Shown here piece by piece: positions 9,273 to 18,444 of a stretch of DNA of 64,000 nucleotides. A program made the position numbers and the translations under genes. Origin of the DNA: Escherichia coli. Its GTDB lineage: Bacteria > Pseudomonadota > Gammaproteobacteria > Enterobacterales > Enterobacteriaceae. Within the stretch, counting starts at the first letter, position 1. Each line of letters opens with the position of its first letter. The stretch lies in NCBI RefSeq assembly GCF_965641715.1, contig NZ_OZ282453.1; one strand, written 5' to 3'. The notes under the pieces were generated by a model. It searched no databases, had not been told where the DNA came from, and was given only the letters and a program-made list of their open reading frames with translations.

Positions 9273-10613
9273 GTGACTACATTAACGCTTGTTTTAACAG
9301 CAGTAGGGTCTGTTTTACTGCTGCTGTTTTTAGTCATGAAGGCGCGTATGCACGCTTTCCTGGCTTTGATGGTGGTGTCCATGGGGGCTGGCCTTTTTTC
9401 CGGTATGCCGCTCGATAAAATCGCAGCGACGATGGAAAAAGGGATGGGAGGCACCCTCGGCTTCCTGGCGGTGGTTGTCGCCCTGGGAGCTATGTTTGGC
9501 AAGATCTTACATGAAACCGGCGCAGTCGATCAGATTGCCGTCAAAATGCTCAAATCCTTCGGTCACAGCCGCGCGCATTATGCCATCGGCCTTGCGGGGC
9601 TGGTCTGTGCGCTACCGCTGTTCTTTGAAGTGGCGATTGTTCTGCTGATTAGCGTTGCTTTCTCAATGGCGCGCCACACCGGTACGAACCTGGTGAAGCT
9701 GGTAATCCCATTATTCGCAGGCGTGGCGGCAGCGGCGGCGTTCCTGGTGCCAGGGCCAGCGCCAATGCTGCTGGCATCGCAGATGAACGCCGATTTTGGC
9801 TGGATGATCCTGATTGGCCTGTGTGCGGCAATTCCGGGAATGATTATTGCCGGGCCGCTGTGGGGTAACTTCATCAGCCGTTACGTTGAGCTGCATATTC
9901 CTGATGACATCAGCGAGCCGCATCTCGGCGAAGGCAAAATGCCGTCCTTCGGATTCAGCCTGTCGCTGATCCTGCTGCCGCTGGTGCTGGTGGGGCTGAA
10001 AACCATTGCCGCGCGTTTTGTGCCAGAAGGCTCTACCGCTTACGAATGGTTCGAGTTTATTGGTCATCCGTTTACCGCGATTCTGGTTGCTTGTCTGGTA
10101 GCGATTTATGGCCTGGCAATGCGTCAGGGCATGCCAAAAGACAAAGTGATGGAGATTTGCGGTCACGCGCTGCAACCGGCGGGGATCATTCTGCTGGTGA
10201 TTGGTGCGGGCGGCGTGTTCAAACAGGTGCTGGTTGACTCTGGCGTAGGTCCGGCACTGGGCGAAGCGTTAACCGGCATGGGCCTGCCGATTGCTATCAC
10301 CTGCTTCGTGCTGGCCGCTGCAGTGCGCATCATTCAGGGTTCTGCAACCGTTGCCTGTTTAACGGCGGTGGGACTGGTGATGCCGGTTATTGAACAACTG
10401 AACTACTCCGGTGCGCAAATGGCGGCGCTGTCGATTTGTATCGCCGGTGGTTCGATTGTTGTCAGCCACGTTAACGACGCTGGTTTCTGGTTGTTCGGTA
10501 AATTTACCGGCGCGACCGAAGCCGAAACGCTGAAAACCTGGACCATGATGGAAACCATCCTCGGCACTGTCGGTGCCATCGTTGGGATGATTGCGTTCCA
10601 GCTGTTGAGTTAA
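9273..10613 (+). CDS. gntU: low-affinity gluconate:H+ symporter (GntP family)
   Basis: 446-aa polytopic membrane ORF beginning GTG (MTTLTLVLTAVGSV...); paralogous to gntT in this window. Confidence 0.9.
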   Translation: MTTLTLVLTAVGSVLLLLFLVMKARMHAFLALMVVSMGAGLFSGMPLDKIAATMEKGMGGTLGFLAVVVALGAMFGKILHETGAVDQIAVKMLKSFGHSRAHYAIGLAGLVCALPLFFEVAIVLLISVAFSMARHTGTNLVKLVIPLFAGVAAAAAFLVPGPAPMLLASQMNADFGWMILIGLCAAIPGMIIAGPLWGNFISRYVELHIPDDISEPHLGEGKMPSFGFSLSLILLPLVLVGLKTIAARFVPEGSTAYEWFEFIGHPFTAILVACLVAIYGLAMRQGMPKDKVMEICGHALQPAGIILLVIGAGGVFKQVLVDSGVGPALGEALTGMGLPIAITCFVLAAAVRIIQGSATVACLTAVGLVMPVIEQLNYSGAQMAALSICIAGGSIVVSHVNDAGFWLFGKFTGATEAETLKTWTMMETILGTVGAIVGMIAFQLLS

Positions 10614-10625
10614 TTACTGCGACAA

Positions 10626-10665
10626 ATTACTGCGAGCTTGCTCGCAGTAATTCATTTCTCTTTTC
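10626..10665 (+). terminator. gntU terminator hairpin
   Basis: Perfect inverted repeat ATTACTGCGA (10626..10635) / TCGCAGTAAT (10642..10651) followed by TCATTTCTCTTTTC. Confidence 0.6.
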
Positions 10666-10698
10666 TCCTCTCTTCATCTTTTTGATCTCTCTCGCAAA

Positions 10699-10747
10699 TT
10701 TACCTGCAAATAATCCGTTCTAATCACTGCCTAAAGATCGCAGGAGA
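10699..10747 (+). promoter_or_regulatory. candidate sigma70 promoter and RBS for the RecQ-like gene
   Basis: TTTACC (10699..10704), 16-nt spacer, TAATCA (10721..10726); AGGAGA (10742..10747) 5 nt upstream of the ATG at 10753. Confidence 0.3.
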
Positions 10748-10752
10748 TAAAG

Positions 10753-12849
10753 ATGGAAAAGCACGCAGCTGAATTGCTTTTACAGCGGATGTTAGGAAAT
10801 ACCACCGCTACTTTCAGGGAAGGGCAATGGGAAGCCATAGACGCGGTGGTGAACCAACGGCGAAAACTGCTGGTTGTCCAACGCACTGGCTGGGGGAAAA
10901 GTGCTGTGTACTTCATCGCCAGTAAAATCTTCCGCGATCGCGGCGCTGGCCCGACAATTATCATCTCTCCTTTGCTTGCCCTGATGCGTAACCAGGTTGC
11001 CGCCGCTGAACGGTTAGGTATTACGGCTGAAACGTTGAATTCTACAAACAGAGAAGAATGGCAGCGCATTAGCGATAAGTTGCTGCAAGGTGAGGTCGAT
11101 TGCTTGCTGGTTTCCCCGGAACGTTTGGCAAACCAGGACTTTATCGAAACGGTTTTATATCCTATAGCCGATCGTATTGGCTTGCTTGTGGTCGACGAGG
11201 CGCACTGCATCTCTGATTGGGGCCACGATTTTCGCCCGGATTACCGACGTATATTAGATATTTTGCGCCAACTACCTGCGAATACCCCTGTTCTGGGTAC
11301 AACCGCGACAGCGAATAACCGTGTCGTTGAGGATATCCGTCAGCAATTGGGTGACATTGTGATTCAGCGTGGAACGCTGGCTCGCGAAAGTTTGGCGCTT
11401 GATGCCTTAGTCTTAGGTGAACAGTCATCCCGTCTGGCATGGTTAGCAACGGTTATCCCTCAGTTTTCCAAATCGGGAATTGTTTATACCCTGACTACTC
11501 GCGATGCCGAACTTGTCGCCGAGTGGTTAAGGAAAAATGGTATCAGTGCATTTGCTTACTACAGCGGCGTGACTTGCGAAGGCGCGGAAGATTCTAATAC
11601 TGCCAGGGAATATCTGGAGCAGGCGTTGCTGGCAAATAAAATTAAAGTGCTGGTTGCGACAACGGCGCTGGGAATGGGCTTTGACAAACCGGATTTGGGG
11701 TTTGTTATTCATTACCAGATGCCAGGTTCGATAGTTGGTTACTACCAACAGGTGGGGCGTGCCGGTCGCGGTATCGATTCTGCTGTTGGCATACTGCTTT
11801 GCGGCAGTGAAGACCGTGCTATTCATAAATTCTTCCGTGAAAGCGCCTTTCCTGCGGAGGCGCAAATTCATGAAATACTCAACGTACTTAGCGTGAATGA
11901 CGGTCTTACCTTACGAGGCATTGAACAACGGACGAATCTCCGTTATGGGCAAATAGAAAAAGCACTGAAATTATTGGTAGCTGAAAATCCATCGCCTGTG
12001 GTGTATACCGAGAAATTATGGCGCAGAACAATTGTCAGTTTTTCTCCTGACCATGAACGAATTAACCATTTGATGAATCAGAGAAAAAGTGAGCTGGCAG
12101 ACGTTGAAAGCTATATCACGACCAAGGAGTGCAAAATGCAATTTCTGCGCCGCGCACTCGATGAGCCAGGTGCCGAACATTGTGGTAAATGTAGCAGTTG
12201 TCTTCAGCATCCGTTGTTGTCGCCCGACATTGATAGCGGCTTACTCCATGCGGCAAACTTATTTATTAAACACGCTGACCTGCCATTAAATCTCAATAAA
12301 CAGGTGGCAGCTGGGGCTTTTACGCAATACGGATTTAAAGGGAACTTGCCTGCGAGTTTACAAGGATCTACGGGGCGAATCCTTTCTCGTTGGGGAGATT
12401 CCGGGTGGGGAAAGCAGGTAGCACAGGAGAAAAAAACGGGGCGATTCAGTGATGAACTGGTGGAGGCATGTGCGGAAATGGTTCGCCAACGCTGGAATCC
12501 GCATCCTGAACCAACCTGGGTATGCTGCGTTCCTTCATTAAAGCACCTCGACCTGGTTCCTGATTTTGCCCGGCGACTGGCGGCGAAACTTGGCTTACCT
12601 TTTATTGATGCCATTGAAAAAGTCGTGGACAATCCACCGCAGAAAATGCAGCAAAACCGTTTCCACCAGTGTCAAAATCTCGACGGGGCGTTTGTGATTA
12701 CCCCTCCTTTGATGCCTGGTCCGGCGTTGCTGGTTGACGATATCGTGGATTCTGCATGGACGCTGACAGTTCTGACAGCACTGTTACGCCAGGCAGGTTG
12801 CCCGACGGTTTATCCTCTTGCCCTTGCTTCTACCTCGGTAAAAAATTGA
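10753..12849 (+). CDS. RecQ-like superfamily-2 DNA helicase fused to a C-terminal divergent phosphoribosyltransferase (ComF/GntX-like) domain; candidate toxin/effector of a two-gene module
   Basis: 698-aa ORF. Walker A QRTGWGKSAV, DEAH box LLVVDEAHCISDWGHDFR, motif VI QQVGRAGRG, Cys cluster CKMQ...HCGKCSSC, C-terminal PRTase-like fold with altered PRPP loop (LLVDDIVDSAWTL). Strong AGGAGA RBS. Confidence 0.85.
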   Translation: MEKHAAELLLQRMLGNTTATFREGQWEAIDAVVNQRRKLLVVQRTGWGKSAVYFIASKIFRDRGAGPTIIISPLLALMRNQVAAAERLGITAETLNSTNREEWQRISDKLLQGEVDCLLVSPERLANQDFIETVLYPIADRIGLLVVDEAHCISDWGHDFRPDYRRILDILRQLPANTPVLGTTATANNRVVEDIRQQLGDIVIQRGTLARESLALDALVLGEQSSRLAWLATVIPQFSKSGIVYTLTTRDAELVAEWLRKNGISAFAYYSGVTCEGAEDSNTAREYLEQALLANKIKVLVATTALGMGFDKPDLGFVIHYQMPGSIVGYYQQVGRAGRGIDSAVGILLCGSEDRAIHKFFRESAFPAEAQIHEILNVLSVNDGLTLRGIEQRTNLRYGQIEKALKLLVAENPSPVVYTEKLWRRTIVSFSPDHERINHLMNQRKSELADVESYITTKECKMQFLRRALDEPGAEHCGKCSSCLQHPLLSPDIDSGLLHAANLFIKHADLPLNLNKQVAAGAFTQYGFKGNLPASLQGSTGRILSRWGDSGWGKQVAQEKKTGRFSDELVEACAEMVRQRWNPHPEPTWVCCVPSLKHLDLVPDFARRLAAKLGLPFIDAIEKVVDNPPQKMQQNRFHQCQNLDGAFVITPPLMPGPALLVDDIVDSAWTLTVLTALLRQAGCPTVYPLALASTSVKN

Positions 12850-14051
12850 TGAATCTTTCAGCCAATGCACAAGCAACTCTCCTGCTAACCAGCGATTTTT
12901 CTCGCGCGGCGGCGAGTGAGTATAAACCTCTTAGTAATAGTGAATGGGGGAAGTTTGCATTATGGCTGAAGCACCAACGTATCAGTCCCGCCGAGCTTCT
13001 GGTGCCGCAACCGCAAGAGAAACTTACAGGCTGGAGCGATCCGCGTATTTCTCAGGAGCGTATTCTTGGCTTGCTGGCGCGTGGTCATAGTCTGGCGTTG
13101 GCGGTAGATAAGTGGCAACGCGCCGGTTTATGGATCTTAACCCGCGGAGATGCTGATTATCCCGTTCGCTTGAAAAACCGATTGCGAACGGATGCACCTC
13201 CCGTTTTATTTGGCTGCGGGAATAAAGCATTACTGCAAGCGGAAGGTATGGCGATTGTTGGCTCGCGAGATGCTCCGACTGACGATTTGCGCTATACCCA
13301 ACAACTGGCCGCGAAACTGGCCCAACAGGGGATTTGCGTTATCTCTGGTGGTGCGCGAGGTATTGATGAATGTGCAATGGCGTCGGCACTGGAGGCCGGG
13401 GGAACTGCCGTTGGCGTATTAGCTGATAGCTTGTTAAAAACGAGTACGTTAGTGAAATGGCGTGAAGGGCTTATAGCAGGCAACCTGGTGTTGATTTCGC
13501 CGTTTTACCCAGAGGTACGTTTCACCGTCGGCAATGCGATGGCGCGAAATAAATATATTTATTGCCTTGCTGAAAGCGCAATGGTTGTACGTGCGGGAAT
13601 GACCGGTGGAACGATAACCGGGGCGATGGAGGCATTAAAACATCAGTGGCTGCCTGTGCAGGTTAAACCAAATCAGGATATGCAATCAGCCAATTCACGA
13701 TTAGTAGAAAATGGGGCGTCATGGAGTGCTGAACAGGCTGAGAATGTGACGATCAGACTGCCAGACGTTCCTGGGCTGATGTATGACAGAGCACTCCGTA
13801 ACGCTCAACCAGAACTGTTTTCGCTGCATGAAGATGACGCAAATTACGCAGTAATGCCCGCGTATACGCCTGTCGATTTTTATCAACTCTTTGTGGCGGA
13901 ACTGGCGATCCTTGCAAAGGAATCGATAAGTATTGAAAGGCTGGCGTCTTGTACTGGTTTAACCATCGAACAAATTAGTGTGTGGCTGAACCGCGCAGAA
14001 GAAGAGGGAAGGGTTATCCGATTGGGCGAAGGTCATTATCAGTTCAGGTAA
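12849..14051 (+). CDS. DprA/Smf-like protein; candidate antitoxin/partner of the RecQ-PRTase protein
   Basis: ATG at 12849..12851 overlaps the helicase TGA (12847..12849); 400 aa (MNLSANAQATLLL...); Rossmann signature GMAIVGSRDAPTDDLRYTQQLAAKLAQQGICVISGGARGIDECAMASALEAGG; ORF track extends it upstream in the same frame (12756). Confidence 0.8.
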   Translation: MNLSANAQATLLLTSDFSRAAASEYKPLSNSEWGKFALWLKHQRISPAELLVPQPQEKLTGWSDPRISQERILGLLARGHSLALAVDKWQRAGLWILTRGDADYPVRLKNRLRTDAPPVLFGCGNKALLQAEGMAIVGSRDAPTDDLRYTQQLAAKLAQQGICVISGGARGIDECAMASALEAGGTAVGVLADSLLKTSTLVKWREGLIAGNLVLISPFYPEVRFTVGNAMARNKYIYCLAESAMVVRAGMTGGTITGAMEALKHQWLPVQVKPNQDMQSANSRLVENGASWSAEQAENVTIRLPDVPGLMYDRALRNAQPELFSLHEDDANYAVMPAYTPVDFYQLFVAELAILAKESISIERLASCTGLTIEQISVWLNRAEEEGRVIRLGEGHYQFR

Positions 14052-14053
14052 TA

Positions 14054-14091
14054 AAACAGGTGCCGCGTCTGGTTGTGTGCAGCACCTGTTT
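14054..14091. terminator. inverted repeat / likely bidirectional terminator between the DprA-like gene and yhgN
   Basis: AAACAGGTGC (14054..14063) / GCACCTGTTT (14082..14091), 18-nt loop. Confidence 0.4.
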
Positions 14092-14096
14092 GAACC

Positions 14097-14690
14097 TTAC
14101 CCCTTCATCCACATTCGAATGCCGTCGAGGAACATCTGGGTTGCCATCATCACCAGAATCAATCCCATCAGGCGTTCAAGTGCGTTCACCCCTTTCTCGC
14201 CCAGCAGACGTAAAAATAGCGAAGACTGTAGCAGGATGACAAAGGTGCCGCCCCAGGCCAGCAGCAGAGCAATCACCAGATGTCCCATCTGATTCGGGTA
14301 CTGATGAGACAACAACATCAGCGTGGCGAGAATAGTTGGCCCGGCGACCAGCGGAATTGCCAGCGGCACGATAAATGGCTCTTCACCTGCCGGAAGCCCG
14401 CTGCTATTTCCTGAAGCGCTGGGGAAAATCATCTTAATGGCAATTAGAAACAGAATGATGCCGCCAGAAATGGAGACGGTTTCTGCTCGCAGGCTGAGAA
14501 ATGCCAGAATTTTCTCACCCGCAAACAGGAACACCAGCATCACCAGGAGAGCAATAAGCAACTCTCGCACCATGATTGCCCGCCGTCTTTTCGGTTCAGT
14601 ATGTTTCAGTACGGACATGAAAATAGGTAGGTTTCCGAGCGGATCCATAATCAGGATCAATAAAACTGCTGCAGAAATGATTTCATTCAT
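14097..14690 (-). CDS. yhgN: MarC-family inner membrane protein
   Basis: 197-aa multi-TM ORF (MNEIISAAVLLILIMDPLGNLPIF...); adjacent to asd as in K-12 (recalled). Confidence 0.9.
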   Translation of the reverse strand: MNEIISAAVLLILIMDPLGNLPIFMSVLKHTEPKRRRAIMVRELLIALLVMLVFLFAGEKILAFLSLRAETVSISGGIILFLIAIKMIFPSASGNSSGLPAGEEPFIVPLAIPLVAGPTILATLMLLSHQYPNQMGHLVIALLLAWGGTFVILLQSSLFLRLLGEKGVNALERLMGLILVMMATQMFLDGIRMWMKG

Positions 14691-14881
14691 AACTCAAATT
14701 CCCTGATAATTGCCGCGGACTTTCTGCGTGCTAACAAAGCAGGATAAGTCGCATTACTGATGGCTTCGCTATCATTGATTAATTTCACTTGCGACTTTGG
14801 CTGCTTTTTGTATGGTGAAAGATGTGCCAAGAGGAGACCGGCACATTTATACAGCACACATCTTTGCAGGAAAAAACGCTT

Positions 14882-15985
14882 ATGAAAAATGTTGGTTTTA
14901 TCGGCTGGCGCGGTATGGTCGGCTCCGTTCTCATGCAACGCATGGTTGAAGAGCGCGACTTCGACGCCATTCGCCCTGTCTTCTTTTCTACTTCTCAGCT
15001 TGGTCAGGCTGCGCCGTCTTTTGGCGGAACCACTGGCACACTTCAGGATGCCTTTGATCTGGAGGCGCTAAAGGCCCTCGATATCATTGTGACCTGTCAG
15101 GGCGGCGATTATACCAACGAAATCTATCCAAAGCTTCGTGAAAGCGGATGGCAGGGTTACTGGATTGACGCAGCATCGTCTCTGCGCATGAAAGATGACG
15201 CCATCATCATTCTTGACCCCGTCAATCAGGACGTCATTACCGACGGATTAAATAATGGCATCAGGACTTTTGTTGGCGGTAACTGTACCGTAAGCCTGAT
15301 GTTGATGTCGTTGGGTGGTTTATTCGCCAATGATCTTGTTGATTGGGTGTCCGTTGCAACCTACCAGGCCGCTTCCGGCGGTGGTGCGCGACATATGCGT
15401 GAGTTATTAACCCAGATGGGCCATCTGTATGGCCATGTAGCAGATGAACTCGCGACCCCGTCCTCTGCTATTCTCGATATCGAACGCAAAGTCACAACCT
15501 TAACCCGTAGCGGTGAGCTGCCGGTGGATAACTTTGGCGTGCCGCTGGCGGGTAGCCTGATTCCGTGGATCGACAAACAGCTCGATAACGGTCAGAGCCG
15601 CGAAGAGTGGAAAGGGCAGGCGGAAACCAACAAGATCCTCAACACATCTTCCGTAATTCCGGTAGATGGTTTATGTGTGCGTGTCGGGGCATTGCGCTGC
15701 CACAGCCAGGCATTCACTATTAAATTGAAAAAAGATGTGTCGATTCCGACCGTGGAAGAACTGCTGGCTGCGCACAATCCGTGGGCGAAAGTCGTTCCGA
15801 ACGATCGGGAAATCACTATGCGTGAGCTAACCCCAGCTGCCGTTACCGGCACGCTGACCACGCCGGTAGGCCGCCTGCGTAAGCTGAATATGGGACCAGA
15901 GTTCCTGTCAGCCTTTACCGTGGGCGACCAGCTGCTGTGGGGGGCCGCGGAGCCGCTGCGTCGGATGCTTCGTCAACTGGCGTAA
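14882..15985 (+). CDS. asd: aspartate-semialdehyde dehydrogenase
   Basis: Frame of ORF 14822..15985; start [17 protein letters not shown] (NAD-binding motif) at the ATG 14882; active-site Cys context GGNCTVSLM. Confidence 0.95.
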
Positions 15986-16257
15986 TCTTTATTCATTAAA
16001 TCTGGGGCGCGATGCCGCCCCTGTTAGTGCGTAATACAGGAGTAAGCGCAGATGTTTCATGATTTACCGGGAGTTAAATAGAGCATTGGCTATTCTTTAA
16101 GGGTGGCTGAATACATGAGTATTCACAGCCTTACCTGAAGTGAGGACGACGCAGAGAGGATGCACAGAGTGCTGCGCCGTTCAGGTCAAAAAAATGTCAC
16201 AACCAGAAGTCAAAAATCCAATTGGATGGGGTGACACAATAAAACAGGAAGACAAGC

Positions 16258-18444
16258 ATGTCCGATCGTATCGATAGAGACGTGATTAACGCGCTAATTG
16301 CAGGCCATTTTGCGGATCCTTTTTCCGTACTGGGAATGCATAAAACCACCGCGGGACTGGAAGTCCGTGCCCTTTTACCCGACGCTACCGATGTGTGGGT
16401 GATTGAACCGAAAACCGGGCGCAAACTCGCAAAACTGGAGTGTCTCGACTCACGGGGATTCTTTAGCGGCGTCATTCCGCGACGTAAGAATTTTTTCCGC
16501 TATCAGTTGGCTGTTGTCTGGCATGGTCAGCAAAACCTGATTGATGATCCTTACCGTTTTGGTCCGCTAATCCAGGAAATGGATGCCTGGCTATTATCTG
16601 AAGGTACTCACCTGCGTCCGTATGAAACCTTAGGCGCGCATGCAGATACTATGGATGGCGTCACAGGTACGCGTTTTTCTGTCTGGGCTCCAAACGCCCG
16701 TCGGGTCTCGGTGGTTGGGCAATTCAACTACTGGGACGGTCGCCGTCACCCGATGCGCCTGCGTAAAGAGAGCGGCATCTGGGAACTGTTTATCCCTGGG
16801 GCGCATAACGGTCAGCTCTATAAATACGAGATGATTGATGCCAATGGCAACTTGCGTCTGAAGTCCGACCCTTATGCCTTCGAAGCGCAAATGCGCCCGG
16901 AAACCGCGTCTCTTATTTGCGGGCTGCCGGAAAAGGTTGTACAGACTGAAGAGCGCAAAAAAGCGAATCAGTTTGATGCGCCAATCTCTATTTATGAAGT
17001 TCACCTGGGCTCCTGGCGTCGCCACACCGACAACAATTTCTGGTTGAGCTACCGCGAGCTGGCCGATCAACTGGTGCCTTATGCTAAATGGATGGGCTTT
17101 ACCCACCTCGAACTACTGCCCATTAACGAGCATCCCTTCGATGGCAGTTGGGGTTATCAGCCAACCGGCCTGTATGCACCAACCCGCCGTTTTGGTACTC
17201 GCGACGACTTCCGTTATTTCATTGATGCTGCACACGCAGCTGGTCTGAACGTGATTCTCGACTGGGTGCCAGGCCACTTCCCGACTGATGACTTTGCGCT
17301 TGCCGAATTTGATGGTACGAACTTGTATGAACACAGCGATCCGCGCGAAGGCTATCATCAGGACTGGAACACGCTGATTTACAACTATGGTCGCCGTGAA
17401 GTCAGTAACTTCCTCGTCGGTAACGCGCTTTACTGGATTGAACGTTTTGGTATTGATGCGCTGCGCGTCGATGCGGTGGCGTCGATGATTTATCGTGACT
17501 ACAGCCGTAAAGAGGGGGAGTGGATCCCGAATGAATTTGGCGGGCGCGAGAATCTTGAAGCGATTGAATTCTTGCGTAATACCAACCGTATTCTTGGTGA
17601 GCAGGTTTCCGGTGCGGTGACAATGGCTGAGGAGTCTACCGATTTCCCTGGCGTTTCTCGTCCGCAGGATATGGGCGGTCTGGGCTTCTGGTACAAGTGG
17701 AACCTCGGCTGGATGCATGACACCCTGGACTACATGAAGCTCGACCCGATTTATCGTCAGTATCATCACGATAAACTGACCTTCGGGATGCTCTACAACT
17801 ACACTGAAAACTTCGTCCTGCCGTTGTCGCATGATGAAGTGGTCCACGGTAAAAAATCGATTCTCGACCGCATGCCGGGCGACGCATGGCAGAAATTCGC
17901 TAACCTGCGCGCTTACTATGGCTGGATGTGGGCATTTCCGGGCAAGAAACTGCTGTTCATGGGGAACGAATTTGCCCAGGGCCGCGAGTGGAACCATGAC
18001 GCCAGCCTCGACTGGCATCTGTTGGAAGGCGGCGATAACTGGCACCACGGTATCCAGCGTTTGGTGCGCGATCTGAACCTCACCTACCGCCACCATAAAG
18101 CGATGCATGAACTGGATTTTGACCCGTACGGCTTTGAATGGCTGGTGGTGGATGACAAAGAACGCTCGGTGCTGATCTTTGTGCGTCGCGATAAAGAGGG
18201 TAACGAAATCATCGTTGCCAGTAACTTTACGCCGGTGCCGCGTCATGATTATCGCTTCGGCATTAATCAGCCAGGCAACTGGCGTGAGATCCTCAATACC
18301 GATTCCATGCACTATCACGGCAGTAATGCAGGCAATGGCGGCACGGTACACAGCGATGAGATTGCCAGCCACGGTCGTCAGCATTCACTAAGCCTGACGC
18401 TACCACCGCTGGCCACTATCTGGCTGGTTCGGGAGGCAGAATGA
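16258..18444 (+). CDS. glgB: 1,4-alpha-glucan branching enzyme
   Basis: 728-aa ORF; GH13 catalytic motifs; first gene of the glg cluster. Confidence 0.95.
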   Translation: MSDRIDRDVINALIAGHFADPFSVLGMHKTTAGLEVRALLPDATDVWVIEPKTGRKLAKLECLDSRGFFSGVIPRRKNFFRYQLAVVWHGQQNLIDDPYRFGPLIQEMDAWLLSEGTHLRPYETLGAHADTMDGVTGTRFSVWAPNARRVSVVGQFNYWDGRRHPMRLRKESGIWELFIPGAHNGQLYKYEMIDANGNLRLKSDPYAFEAQMRPETASLICGLPEKVVQTEERKKANQFDAPISIYEVHLGSWRRHTDNNFWLSYRELADQLVPYAKWMGFTHLELLPINEHPFDGSWGYQPTGLYAPTRRFGTRDDFRYFIDAAHAAGLNVILDWVPGHFPTDDFALAEFDGTNLYEHSDPREGYHQDWNTLIYNYGRREVSNFLVGNALYWIERFGIDALRVDAVASMIYRDYSRKEGEWIPNEFGGRENLEAIEFLRNTNRILGEQVSGAVTMAEESTDFPGVSRPQDMGGLGFWYKWNLGWMHDTLDYMKLDPIYRQYHHDKLTFGMLYNYTENFVLPLSHDEVVHGKKSILDRMPGDAWQKFANLRAYYGWMWAFPGKKLLFMGNEFAQGREWNHDASLDWHLLEGGDNWHHGIQRLVRDLNLTYRHHKAMHELDFDPYGFEWLVVDDKERSVLIFVRRDKEGNEIIVASNFTPVPRHDYRFGINQPGNWREILNTDSMHYHGSNAGNGGTVHSDEIASHGRQHSLSLTLPPLATIWLVREAE

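Noticed and set aside
10731-11210. 159-aa minus-strand ORF overlapping the start of the RecQ-like gene
   Set aside because: Antisense to the helicase N-terminus, which carries a clear Walker A motif; shadow ORF.
10753-14051. Whether the RecQ-like and DprA-like genes are simply the housekeeping recQ and dprA/smf
   Set aside because: Housekeeping recQ and smf map elsewhere on the E. coli chromosome (recalled), RecQ carries an HRDC domain rather than a PRTase tail, and the two are never adjacent or translationally coupled; here the pair sits between gntU and yhgN.
17113-18384. 423-aa ORF antisense to glgB
   Set aside because: Lies entirely inside glgB on the opposite strand; long antisense frames are expected in GC-biased coding sequence and it has no independent start or RBS context.
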